DNA of 64,000 nt from NCBI GenBank assembly GCA_021613535.1, contig CP075494.1, forward strand, positions 5,394,001 through 5,458,000, in the 5' to 3' direction. Under the pieces are notes generated by a model, which had not been told where the DNA came from, searched no databases, and worked only from the letters and a program-made list of their open reading frames with translations. The position numbers and the translations under genes were made by a program. Shown piece after piece: positions 49,204 through 62,689 of this stretch (position 1 is the first letter of the stretch; each line of letters opens with the position of its first letter). Source of the DNA: Adineta vaga (Eukaryota > Animalia > Rotifera).

Positions 49204-50230
49204 CTAAAATTTACTTCACTTGACACTTGTTAGTAGTAATGTAATGTAATGTAATGTGTATAGAGAGAGATGACTAATATAGTTTTGTGTCGATTGGGTG
49301 GTTCTATCATGTAATCAAAATGCTTAACTCGTCTTGTGTACATTTTCTGAGAACCTACATAAAAATGATTCATATGCTGTAGGAAGCTCTTCCACAAAGT
49401 ATACTGATAGTATTGCTAGAATACGATACTAAGTAAAAAAAAATAGTATATATGACAAAATACTAGCGACATCTTCTCGAATCGATAGTTCATAATAGAT
49501 GCTGAATGGTGTATATGTGGGATAACCACATTCTCTCAGTCTAACTCTAAAAACGAAAAAGAACCTAATCAATGAAGTTTACAAGAACTATATGACAAAA
49601 AAAGGATTAAACGTCTTAGTACTAAATCTGATGATCGTTCTTCAATCAAAAATAAAGAACAATACACGGTGTGGTTGTTTTTGAATTGTCTACATTGCTA
49701 CATTTATTTTCGTCTCTGGAAAAGAGCAATATGAATCAATTGATAGGACACAATATTTTCAAACTAGCTCAGTAATTACACGATAGTCAATACATTTTAT
49801 CTGTTTCTTTCTCAAGATGGAGCGTATCCGTGGATATTTAAATATCTCACAAATGATTTATATTATACTACCAAATCCACTTAAATCAATCTCATGATAT
49901 AGCGTTCACGCTATTTGACCAATCTGGATTTACCTGAAAGTAAAATTATTTGAACATCCATCAACCAATGATATATATATATATATATACTATAAATGAT
50001 CCAGATGGAAAAGTGATGTTGATGTTGTGCAAGTAAGATAAAAAATCTCTTTCCTATAATAACTTTCGTTATCTTCTACTTTAACCTAGATTTTCTAAAT
50101 AATACTAAAGAGTCAGTAGAGACATATAGATTTATTCAAACATTAAACAACAAATATGATCTATACAACATTTTAGAGAAACAAATGTAATGAAATTATA
50201 TTGATTGAGTGTACATGGTTAAGTTTCTAC

Positions 50231-51193
50231 TCATAGGTTTCTCCCAATCGTTTTGATTGTTATGCATATTTTCTTGAAGAGAACTTTGACTTCTGTTCGA
50301 AATATTTTCGAAGTTGCCGCATATGTATAAAATGTAGTAGAATATTTCAAATAGAGTAAGAACCACATTGTAAAAAAAACACAGAATGATTCAATTTGTA
50401 AACGTTCAATAGATTTGTTTGTTATATCACTAGTTAAAACGGAATAAATAGTATTAATCGTATATGGAAATGTACAGATAAATGAAACAATAATTTCAGA
50501 AATAACAAGTTTGAATAAATGTATATCTCGTTTGCGAAATATCGCAAAATTCGGGTTAGTGTGTTGGTGGCTTATTATAGGCGCGACTTGACTACGAATA
50601 TAGCGAATATTTGTAACGGTTAAAATCGAAAAAAGAATCATTAAGACTGTTGGAATTATGCCAAAGCAAATTAGTTGATACATACTATAGATTTGTCCGT
50701 AAAGGCCATAGACAAAACATCGACCATTCTCAATACTAACCCAAATAAGAAGATGAACAGAAACAGTTAACCAGAAAAGAGGAACGAGAATCACTAATTT
50801 TCGTGCTATAATAATTGAACTAAATGCACGAATAGAATTTCGTGAACTTGATAGAACATATCGATCAGCAGCTGCTAAGACAATCATCGTACGAAAAGAC
50901 ATTGCACAAGCATGAATAATATAACCACGAGCACGACACAGAATGAGAGAATTAGCTAGAGGATCAGCATGATCAGCAGAATAAATCAATGGAACTACAG
51001 CCCAATTACTTCCAACAATACTAAAAACTGATGCAGCAAGAAAATAAAGTGAACAAGAACTATTTCGATATTTCAACTGTATAAACATATATAATAAGAT
51101 CAAATTTCCTACATTACCCAAGCCAAGAGTAATGGGTAAAACATATCGAGTCATACTTTTTTGTATAAGTACCAAAGATGATCCAACAGTCAT
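50231..51193 (-). CDS. Rhodopsin-like 7TM GPCR, intronless
   Basis: GN in TM1, Cys at the start of TM3, ADRY, and CTFP in TM6; seven hydrophobic segments. Confidence 0.9.
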   Translation of the reverse strand: MTVGSSLVLIQKSMTRYVLPITLGLGNVGNLILLYMFIQLKYRNSSCSLYFLAASVFSIVGSNWAVVPLIYSADHADPLANSLILCRARGYIIHACAMSFRTMIVLAAADRYVLSSSRNSIRAFSSIIIARKLVILVPLFWLTVSVHLLIWVSIENGRCFVYGLYGQIYSMYQLICFGIIPTVLMILFSILTVTNIRYIRSQVAPIISHQHTNPNFAIFRKRDIHLFKLVISEIIVSFICTFPYTINTIYSVLTSDITNKSIERLQIESFCVFFTMWFLLYLKYSTTFYTYAATSKIFRTEVKVLFKKICITIKTIGRNL

Positions 51194-52058
51194 TGTGAAT
51201 AATAGATAGAAACGAACACGACGTATTCTGTGACTCTTTTCCTTCTGAATACTTTGAATAATCTTTTTCTTTTTTTTATACTCGTTCGAAAAGATATTAA
51301 AAAATCTTTTTCTTTCTCTATTTTAATAGAAAATACATAATAAACGTAGCTAGTGTATCTGTAAGCAACGTTGTCGGGTTTTTCAATATATATTCTTCCA
51401 TCCAATAGAAAAATTAGATAATAATATGTATTTGATGTGAATAGTTTTTCTTGTCAATGTCATGATAATTCATTAATTCTTTACAAAGCCCTATGACCGA
51501 CTTACTGTCAAGAACATTTTATGTCAAACTAAGGATTTCTTATGATAAATTAAATGCATTTAAAGCAGCATTTCAAGTCAAACAAACTTTAAAAAAGTTG
51601 ATGTGTTGATAAAAAACGTCATAAGAAATACAACATCGATATTAACTCATATGTTTATTTACATTATTTTAATATATATTGAAGACAATATTTCGATTTC
51701 ATTACAAATATTTTTGTTTAGAATGTCATACGTCATAGTTTGATTACAAATAACCTTTTTTTAATTTTGCAGATGGTACGCGACAGGAATGTTTCTCTAT
51801 ACTATACTTGTCGGATGTTCGAAGATTCTGAGAATGATAAAACAAAATGCTACATATACATTATACACTTCTCTAAAAATCATACAAAAATAAAATACTT
51901 CTACTTTTTAAATTTCCATTAGCTATCCGTCTCGTTAGTTTTTCATTTATTCTTGAGATTTCTGTCGCCTTCATTTACGCCTAAATAAAATGGATGACAA
52001 ATAAAAGGCATAGGAAAGAAAGTACTGAAGAGATACATTTTTTTTCTATAGAAAATTC

Positions 52059-53315
52059 ATGTATTTTATTCATTTGATTAGTTTTGCTTCGTGGATCATT
52101 TTGGTCTCATCATTTTCAATTGGACGAGTAGCAAAAGCTCGACTCTTACCTACATCACAAAATCAAACAATATGGCTGTATAATCAGACAAATGCTAATC
52201 AGTGTCTTTGCAGTGTATGGAAACTTTATCCATTGTCACAAGTCGCTGCGCTGAACAGTTTTAGTACGAATGCAAGTTGTCAAGTCATTTTATCATCAAC
52301 AATCTTATCACCAAGAATCGTATCTGATTCAAAATCTAATCTTATCCTATTGAAACTCCTTACAGATACGCCTTGTTGTACAGATTTAGCATGGGTTATA
52401 GAACGTCTCAAATTAACACTAAGACAATCGCAAACAACTGTTTCAAAACCAACTACTCTCTCACTTGATTCGACTGAAAAGTTTGTTTCGACTATGACCT
52501 ATCGATCACGATTATTGTTTCGTCTTTATCGAAATAATCTTACTCAAGAAGGTATCTATCAATTGCCATCGAGTTATGTTTGCGTCAGCGCGATATATCG
52601 AAAAGGTTATATTTTCTTCGGTAAGTTACATATATGTTCTTTTTATCTATATATTGATAAGTAATATAAATAGTGACAAAACTATTTAATTGATCTCACT
52701 ATAATTCTAGGATGTGACACACCTGCTGCATTAGTGATTTTTAATGAATCAAATTTAGCAACACCAGTAGCACAAATCTCCTTATATATGTATATACGTG
52801 CCGTTTCTTTTGCACGTAACGATTCATTAATGTTTGTTACTGTTCAACGTGGTACTTATTCCATGTACATTTACAACATTACCTGGATACCAACAATATC
52901 TACTACTTTAATTCAAACATTTATTCCTACGTCAAATCAAACATGGTCTGCACATACTATCAACGACAGTTATGTAATAATGACCAGTTGGGATCCAGCT
53001 ACACAGCTTTATGCACTAACATCATCATCTTCAACAAGTAATGTCTGGTCAAGAACTAGTTTAACTACGACACGAATAAAATCATCGGAGTATTTAGGAG
53101 AGGCTATTTCTGATTCTTGTGGACGTATTTGGATTGTTATTAACGGATTTGGAATTCGAATATTTGATCCCTCCATTACAACTATATTAGTTAATTGGAC
53201 GTTATCAACAACATTGAGTAATATATTATTATTTGATGATTATGAACTTTTTCTAACTGATTATACTCAAAATTCCGTTTATCGTTTCAGTCCAAATCTT
53301 CAATGTACTTCATAA
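52059..53315 (+). CDS. Secreted protein with PAN/apple-like N-terminus and probable beta-propeller, one intron
   Basis: Signal peptide and QCLC...ALN...CQ. Intron about 52621-52710 joins the two track ORFs. Contains DSCGRIWIV and ends PNLQCTS*. Confidence 0.7.
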
Positions 53316-53633
53316 ACAGTCGTGTTGAGAAACTAGGATTAAATTCTCATTATAAACGATTCGAAAATAACTAAAACCAATCAGAAACTTATGTTTCAAT
53401 TTGAATAATTTACTATTCTACTCATCATTGATAATGAAACATACTTTACACTCTCATGTAAAATCATAAGAACGACGATAGATTCTTTCGAATTAATTGC
53501 ATAATATTCAATTTGAATAGAATAATGTTCATAGTATGAAGTACTTCTGGTATGAGCTAATGACTCGGTACATTTAAAATATTGAAGTGCATTGAAAAAA
53601 AAGCACAAAGATAGTTTAAAATGATGAATATGT

Positions 53634-56600
53634 TTAAATCGGTTTAAATTGAACATGAATAAATAATGACGAATAGGTTAAATTGTTATTTTTTGCTCGT
53701 AAATGAACATGACGATAGCCTATACAGAGAGAAAAAGATAAATATGAATGGATTATACAGTAAACAAATTCAAATGAACCTGTTTGTATTGTAGTAATTG
53801 GTAAACAAAAGTAGGCTAGTCTATCATCTCGAGAAAATCGATCATGATCGTAAACATCAAATCGAAGTAAACACATTTGTGGAAAATAAATATCAAATTG
53901 AAATGTTTCATTCCATTCCGGATCGAAACCATTATCATCAATCTTTCTCGTTTTTTGTGTTTGTTGATCACATGGAATTCCATGTGTTGAAATAACGACA
54001 TATGGATCAGGAATATCCGATGTTGTTTCATTTGCTCGAGGAAGAAATTGTCCACTAATAATTGTAATAATTAAACGTTGTGGACATTCAAAAATATGTT
54101 CCGATAATGTCATTGGTTTGATAATGTAATTTAAAGGATTATATAATGATTTGTCAATATCAACCAAATATTTTGGTTTTAATACATATCCACAACATCC
54201 ATTATCCATAAATTTCCCATAGGATAATGACATAATGGCATCATCATTTTGATAATTTAATGCAACCATTTGAATACCGAAATTCCAAGGTGTAATTGGA
54301 TCTGGATTACTTGAATCTTGTCGAAGACCATCTGGATACATTCGAAGAGATGATTTCAATGTTTGTTTCATCACTCCCAATGGATCCGCTTTTGCTGCTC
54401 GTTCGAAATGTTTTTCAGCAAGATTTGCTGAATGAAAACATTGATGATTGTCTTTAGCATATTCATATTCACGATATGGAACATTTTGAAAATAAACAAA
54501 AAGTTTAGCGAATATATTTTCGTTCGTCTAAATGAAACGTTTTATTTTTTCACGGAAAAATGACTTTAAAAATGAAAGATATACTTTGCCAAGCGATTGC
54601 TCTTCCTCCATTTTGATCGGTGAAAGAAGATCACTTAGTGCAGGAATTTTTACACCCTAGAAAATTAGATCAAATCATCTTCTAGTAAATAATTATTTCC
54701 TTGTTTCTTGTCATACTCGAATAAGAACTTTATACTTAAGATCTTCTGGTGATGGTAAAACTGATGAATCTTTTGTTAATAAGGGTTCAGTAACCAACCG
54801 ATCTATTTTATCCAAAAAACTCCAAATTTTGATAAAAGTTTATTCAGGTCATGTCAATCTTACCTCCAAGAATTCGTTGTAAAATTCGAGCTATTTCATG
54901 TTGTTGCTCAATAGAACAATGATTTTCTAAGTCAAGTATAACTGGATAGGGTGATGCTTTGAACAGATTTGGTTCAATAAAACGAATAATTGATTCAAAT
55001 AAACATGGCTTAACAAGTGTAAAACCATGTTTTACAATGGGTCGACCATTATTACCATCATAACAATCGATTTCTACTGCACGACAACCAGCTTTTAAAG
55101 CACGATTATATGCTTCTGGATTACTATCACCAATGATTTGATTGTTAAATAAATAACTGAAATCAAACTCTACATTATAGATTTTGTTTTCTTATTTGTC
55201 AATCTTACGTATTATGTGATGTTTTTATATAATAATCACTTAATGGTCTAAATGATGAAACAACTTTAAGTTTTAACGTTTAAAAAATGAATATATGAAT
55301 ATACCTTGTCATATCTTGATAGACGAAACGAGAACACCATGGTTTCATAAGTGCAAAATCATCGGATAAGAGTAAATTTCTAAAACCTATATAGAAAAAG
55401 AATAGAGATTATCTTTCGAAATCGATCGATTTTATTATACCTATTAGACTAAGATGACCTTTTTCTCTTAATTCATCATTAGATTCAAATTCATTAATTA
55501 ATTCTTGTACTTGTTCGCATGTATCAATTAAATGAAGTGAAAATTCTAATTTCGAATCTGTCTTAGGAGTTGATAATATTGTTTGCTGAATGAAATCATC
55601 GAAATAGTTCGTTTTTTCTTCTACAAAAATCATCATTATACTTACGTTTTGTTCTATCCGAAGAAAATCTAATAATTCTTCGGTAGTCAAATAGATCGAA
55701 TCAATCGTATGATTTGGATTATTTTTTGCATATCTTTACAAAAGAATGAAAAAGTCGAAATAGAGAAAAAATTAATCTCTTCTACTTTTTCATTATTTTA
55801 TAAAGATCTTGACGACGAGTAAGTGTACGAAAGAATTCAATAAATTCATCTGCTGTTAAAAGACCTTCACCACTTGTATCCGCTTGCTAAACAAAGTTCT
55901 ATCAAATTACAACTATGCAAAGGATTATTTGTTTGTTTTTATACCTTAAAAAGTGCTTCAAAAACTTTGTCCGATACTTTTGCATTGAGTGAATCGACTA
56001 ATAATCGTCGACATTCGTTTTTTGTCAATGAACCCGATCCGTCTTTATCAGCCAAATAAAAATAATTCATAATCCAACTGATGATATGAAAAAAACAAAA
56101 AAAACAAATGTAAGTATTATTTCTCTTCTCTGATTCCTACTTTGTTTCATTAATAAGATGTCTTTGTCGTTTTTGTGCGTGTGTTTCCATAAGATATCGA
56201 ATACCTTCTACCCACATATTTCGAGTCTGTTCATCAGTTGCAAGAAAATGACCTTCGTCACGATAATTATTGAAGAAAATAGAGAAAGCACATTGATCCT
56301 AGAAGGATAATATTAGAAAATATCGAATACAAGCATGTTACATACATCATTTTGTTCGAGAAGTTTATGTCGAACTAGTCGATCAAATGTTCTTGTATTG
56401 AAACCAACACGTACTTCATCAATTTTGTTTATATAATCTATAAATTTTGAATACGAAGAAAAACAAAAGCTAATTTATTCGATCTACAATCACTTACAAC
56501 GTGTTGGTGATGCAAATGTTTTTTCGGATTGTTGATATGTAATGAATTGTTCACTTTTATGTAAATAAAAATGACGAGAATATTTTTCACCATCATGTTT

Positions 56601-56675
56601 TCGTTTGATTAATACTGAACCCAATTTCAAATCACTTAAAATTTGATTCATTTGCTCAAGATTTAATTCTGACAT
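53634..56675 (-). CDS. Phosphoinositide-specific phospholipase C (delta-like; PH, EF-hand, X, Y, C2), multi-exon
   Basis: Start MSELNLEQM. PH (EVRVGF), EF (ADKDGSGSL), X box (QDMT|RPLSDYYIKTSHN|TYL, GCRAVEIDC, IVKHGFTL, PVILDLENHC), Y box (RMYPDGLRQDSS, QMVALNYQ) and C2 (IISGQFLP, GYRHVHL). Confidence 0.93.
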
Positions 56676-57887
56676 TTTGTTTCTTGGCTTTTTTAATATG
56701 TCGACAAAATACAATAAATACTGAAATATATCGAGAGAAACAACAAAAAAACAAAACAATCACTCAAATCAATATTTTTGACCTGATATGTAAAAAGTAA
56801 ATGCGTTGAAAATATATATATATCGATCGTTTTGTGCAGATATATACATTGTCAATATCGAATGACTTTTAAGTAGACACATTCGAATAAAAAGAACATG
56901 CATTTTATATCGAGAATTGCATGCAAATCTTATGGTAGGAGATAGTGATTCGTTCTGTCAACTAAAACACACCACGTGTATTATGTTAATTTACATATTT
57001 GTTGTGGAGAAAAGAAAGAGATACACTTTTTTGTCCTATGTAAAAGCATGACATGCAAAAATGAAATCACATTCGACAACGTTCGTTTTTTTTTCTCTTA
57101 TAGACACGCACTACTTGACTACGAACAGAAATTTTTACAATAAGGTAACCATCTATTGATGAGTGTAAATTATCAATAGATCGAAATATAAACAATCGAA
57201 GTAATCTTCGATCAATCTTTTTAGATCAATGATCTAAGACGTCGGTTGGTATCAAAGTCGAGTATTTCTTATATGATCCGATCGAAGTGCTATTAGCAGT
57301 TGTTCTCTCGTTTGAATTCTAAACTGAATCTGAATATAATTTTTAGTTGAATATAACAAACATCTAAAATTTGAAGATTTCAACGATGAACAAAACTATC
57401 CGTAAAGTGAACTTGTGAATAAGTAACATTATAATTGATTGATTTGTTCTCAATTTCAAACAACATAGTAGATTAGTTAATGTATTTATTTAAAGAAAAT
57501 CATTAAAAAAAGTATTGTTCCGTATCTCATTTATTCATAAGTCAAATTGATTGTCTAAATGACTTTGATACATTAATTTCATTTCCTGAAGTGTTTTTCG
57601 TCTTTCTAATTGATAATCTTTGTCTGGAAAATTGAAAATATATAAACTACTTTTACAATCATCCGGAAAAAAGCCACTCGTGGTAGAAAGAGATGATTTT
57701 CTAAAATCAATATTGTAAGTATATAATCTAGTTTGAAAACAAATGAAAAGAACACAAAGTTTTTAATTTGGAAATGTTGTTAGTTTGTATACTCTACCAA
57801 TGCAAATGTGTACACATTCTTTTATTGAATGAGAAACTAGTCACTAGAGCGAATATTTGAAAAACTACATGTCTCCTATGAATTTAT

Positions 57888-59073
57888 TTAGACTATTGAA
57901 TAAAGTTCTGCACTCTCTAAAATTACACCTGAAGAACCACCAGTCACTAAGATTTCGCCATTGTTTAATAAAGAAGTTGTGTGAGAATAACGTGCATCAT
58001 TCATGCTACTAGTAACTGTCCAATTCTTTGTTAATGGATCATAGAATTCAGTGCTGTTTAAAGCACTGGTACCCAATCCACCAATAACAAATATCTTTCC
58101 ATTAGGTAATACTAATGCTGTATGAATATATCTTGCAACATTCATATTATGACTAACTATCCAAATTCCTAATGATGTATTATAAATTTCAGTACTACGA
58201 TGAACAACGGTAGTATCAGATTCACCAGTGACTAGTACATTTCCATTATCTAAGACAGATGCTGTATGATAGAAGCGTTCGTGATGCATCTGTCCACTGA
58301 ACGTCCAAAATTCAGTAGATGGATCGTATAACTCAGTACTATTCAAGAAACCGCCACTCATTCCACCAGTAACTAGAACCTTTCCATTATTCAACAAAGA
58401 TGCAGTATGTCCTAATCGTGCATGATTCATCCAACCAGTCATCGTCCAAAGACCTGTTGATGGATCATATAATTCTGAACTATTTGATTCACCTTCTCCT
58501 AATCCACCGCAAACTAGAACTTTTCCATTAGTCAATATTAATGCTGTATGGAGATAGCGTGCATAATTCAGATTACCAGTACTAGTCCATGTTGCTGTTA
58601 CTGAATCGTACAATTCAGCACTTTTCAAAGATCTACCATTGTCGTCTCCACCAACAACTAATACTTTTCCATTTTTTAATACTGTTGCTGTATGCATCGA
58701 TCGTGCATGTTTCATACTTTTGACAATAGTCCAATTTCTTGTCAGTGGATTATATAATTCGACACTATTTAAAGAAACATCTCCATCATCTCCACCAGTA
58801 ATCAACACATTTCCATTAGGCAACACAGATGCCGTATGCATGTATCTTGCATCATTCATACTAGTGGTACTTATCCATTCTAAATGAAAACATACCGATA
58901 CATATCTACATTTACACATCTATCGTTGACAAACTTGATTTTAAAGTATTTGTCTTAATTAGTTTTGATGTTACCAGTCTTGTAGCAGAACTAGTTATTA
59001 CTGAATATGTCCATGTGAAAATAAGAATTTTCCACAGAAACATAAATATACCTACAAATAATATTAATATCAT
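57888..59073 (-). CDS. Kelch-repeat beta-propeller protein (7 repeats) with probable N-terminal signal/anchor exon
   Basis: Seven RxxHTAxxLxNGxVLVxGG...ELYDP repeats. The upstream hydrophobic exon MILILFVGIFMFLWK can splice in frame through an intron at about 58933-58880. The start is uncertain. Confidence 0.8.
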
Positions 59074-59570
59074 TTGTACACTGAATCTTGAACTTTTCTG
59101 ATCATTTGTTTTCGCTAATGATGTAATTACTTACCATTAAACTGTTTGTTATACATATGAACTTTCAAAAAATGTATCTCAACTAGAAAATGATTTATCT
59201 AACAATCCTTTTGATAATATCATAAGCAAGATAAGATGCATTTTCATCTCTTATCTTCACACAATACATTTTACATGTGTGTTATCACTTTACCATAGTA
59301 TCATTGTAGTTAGTAGATGTCAGAAATGTTCTCTAATGAATCATTCTAATTCTATTTGTCCTGGACGATTAGTAACAGAACTTTTGAACTAAAATCGAGC
59401 TGAAAAAATATAAGTAATGGTAGTAATGAGAATCATTGTACCAAAAACTACCGATGTATAATTGATGTTACTTATTCTTATTGAGAAGAAAAGATAAAAA
59501 GGAAGATTGTAATTATCATCCATATAACATCAGTCATTTCGATAAATGGACCATGAGAGAATGGAATAGG

Positions 59571-59787
59571 ATGTAGGTCTGGGTGTTTCTGGTCTCCATC
59601 ACCCATATCCTCAGACACTCAAAAAATATTTGAAAATTATTACATACTATTATTATTTTATTAGACACAGAAAAATTCTTTACAAAAGATATATTTAATA
59701 CTCGAATAGTCGTGCCATAGAGGATGATAAGGATACGTGGGTGTGGATTTACGTAACACTTCTTCACCCACACGCACACCTACACAC
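59571..59787. mobile_element. Degenerate MITE-like inverted-repeat element
   Basis: Left end atgtaggtctgggtgt matches the reverse complement of the right end (gtgtaggtgtgcgtgt) at 13 of 16 positions. It is locally GC-rich with internal GGGTGT/ACACCC-like motifs. No TSD was established. Confidence 0.45.
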
Positions 59788-59828
59788 TTTCATGTCCTCA
59801 ATAAGGCAAGAATAATCTGTCATATTTC

Positions 59829-62122
59829 TCAAACACTTGTCGCGACCATTTTTGGAAGTCTTCTATTAGGTAATTCTGTAGATTCACATTCATATAAGGA
59901 AATCTTCCCAAGAATATAAGTTGTAATCTTTTTCGCACGTTTTCTCGATCGATATTCTTTACGTATGGAATTAACTGGATCGATGTGAAAGCAATATTTC
60001 AATACATCCATTATTATAACAAAGATGATAACAGCAATCATTGCTATGATTGCAATCCATGCAAAAGATTTCGAAACTATCTTAAGTATCATAATTTTCT
60101 TTGTAGTTATTTCACAATAATGACCAAAATAACTTCCAGCAAGACATTGACATGTATAATTATTCAATAATGATTGACAAACACCTTGATTCAAACATGT
60201 AATATTTTCACAAAAATTAATCTTTCTTTCACAATGAATACCTGTCCATCCTGATTGACATGAACAATTAAATGTTGTATTTGATAACACATAACACACT
60301 CCTAAAACAAAAAATATACAATACTTAGTAAATTTTGTTTGTCTTTCTATTGGATATACCATTGTTCCAACATGTATGTGATTGGCATGGTTGATAATTG
60401 TATTGGCATTGTGTTCCGTTAAATCCTGATAAACATGTGCAGGTGTAACCAGAAAATGTGTTGTTATTATTCAGACAAGTCGCATTGTTTTGGCAAAGAT
60501 TTGAAATACTACATGGTAAAGCAGATGTGTTACAACTAGAACCAATATATGTAGATGATTGACAAATTGATGGACGAAATATTGACAATGATTGTCCACC
60601 TTAACAATAAACAAAACATTGGATTAAAATAATTTAAAATGCCAGATTATTTCGATTCTTTTCTGTCTAGATAATACTATATCCAATTCATCTGTAGTAA
60701 TAACGTACCAAATTGGTATGAAATCGTTGTCATACTAGTTTCGTTCTTAGCAATTGATGAAGTCGTTACTAAACAAACAAAGATTTCAATGAAATCGATC
60801 AAATATAAACAAGAGAAAAAGTTAATTTTACCTGCATTTAGTTTTGCTGTCGTCGTTGCATCTATAATTATAATATACAATATTTAAATATATCTTGTTC
60901 ATGAAATGAAAATCTATCAAAACATCCTTATGAAATTAATATCATTCAATTTAAACGAAAAATAACTCTCTAGACAATTATTCGTCTGTCTTAAACTCAC
61001 CACATGAATTTGACATGAATATGAATTTTTGAAGTCGATTATTATTGTAATCAATAACGAATAAATTTCCATCACTATCGAAACTGACAGTATATGGATG
61101 ATTTAGTAGTTGATTAAACGCTGCTACAGATGCGTTCATACATCCGACGATACATCGAAAACCTGTAATATCTGAGCCTAGAATGCGATTATTATAGCTA
61201 TCTACAATAAATAAATAACCATCACCATCGAGGACAACGTCTGATGGAGAAGTAAGTGTAAATGTTCCATAAGATCCATTTATTGGAACTGTTAATGCAT
61301 TCATTTGACCAGATCGAAAGAGCTGAATTCTGTCGTTAGAGGAATCTGCCACATACAAATCAAAATTGGAATCAACAAAAATTCCTTGTGGATATTGTAA
61401 TGTTGTCGGTGTAGACCCAGGAGAACCGGTACCTGCAATGATGCTTGTGGCGTTTGAAGTATCGTTCAATGATTTTATTACTACTTGGTGTTGTGCGTCG
61501 ATGGAGCAGTAAAGAAAACCAGCCATATCAATGAAAAGATCACGACAAGCACTAACAACATACATTACATCGATACTCTTCGTTAGATTCCCTGTCCATT
61601 TTTCTACTCGATAACTAGGAGCATTGTTGTAAACAAACAAATCGCCATCAAGTGCGACAAATATACTGAAAGGTGATACTAAACCAGTAGCGATAGTCTT
61701 TGGATTCGATAAACTTCCGTCAAACCATGCTTGAACATATCCTGATTGTATGTTCGCTACATATACAGTGTTATTGATATCAATAAAAAGACCAAACGGA
61801 TAATTTCCGAATGTAATGCTATTTGCTATGGTGATTGCATCAGGATCCCATAATGCAGACGAACAGAATTTTGGTAGATTATAAGAAGGAACTATATAGA
61901 AAAATATCTAGAAATTATACTTTACCTGGTTGTAGACAAAAATATCTCTATGGATAAAGAGTACTCATAGCTACACATACAGAGCAGATAGGCTCTACTA
62001 TTGTTTCATCATTTAGTCTTATAAATATGAGAAAGAATATAGATACTAAATCGTATACCTAATGATGCATTGATTATCTGCAGTACAATTAGCCATAGAT
62101 ATGAATTAAAAATAACGTTCAT
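59829..62122 (-). CDS. Type I membrane protein: signal peptide + NHL repeats + Thr-rich linker + EGF repeats + TM
   Basis: MNVIFNSYLWL signal exon; SYNLPKFCSSALWDPDAITIAN; NHL blades (LYVADSSNDRIQ); small linker exons; EGF repeats (CQNNATC...CTCLSGFNGTQC); TM FAWIAIIAMIAVIIFVIIMDVL. Confidence 0.85.
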
Positions 62123-62689
62123 TTTATTACTTATCTGATGTATACAACCTTACTAGGAAGTTATGGAGTAAAAAAGAATTGACTGATCGATATTACGATG
62201 AAACTCTTCTTTTAAACGTATATATTGACACTTTCGGTAATTGGAAATGAATCGATTCTTTAATGCGCACGGCAGTGAAGTAAACATAAGTTTTTATTCA
62301 AATGCATCAATTTAGAAAAATACATTTGTTTGTTTTTTATCGCGTAGATTTTTCAATTTCTAAAAATACTCTCAAACATTCACACGTTCATTTCTAAGAA
62401 ATTCATTTATCTTCAATGAATTCTCAATATGAATTTAAGAACTACAAAAATAAAAAAGATATTTTTACTAAAAATTGTTAACCCTTTTTTTTCTATTCAG
62501 CAATATGATGTAACAAAGCTTCAAGATTAAAACTTATGTTCTTTGATTATCATCGCGATGGACAATAAACATAATTTAGTGATTGTAAAGGGATCTCATT
62601 GATTAATAGAGTTTCAAATGTGGGAAAGAAATATTTAGTTGTATCAAACGACTTTCTTTATCTCTGTTTATTGGAAAACATTTTAATTT

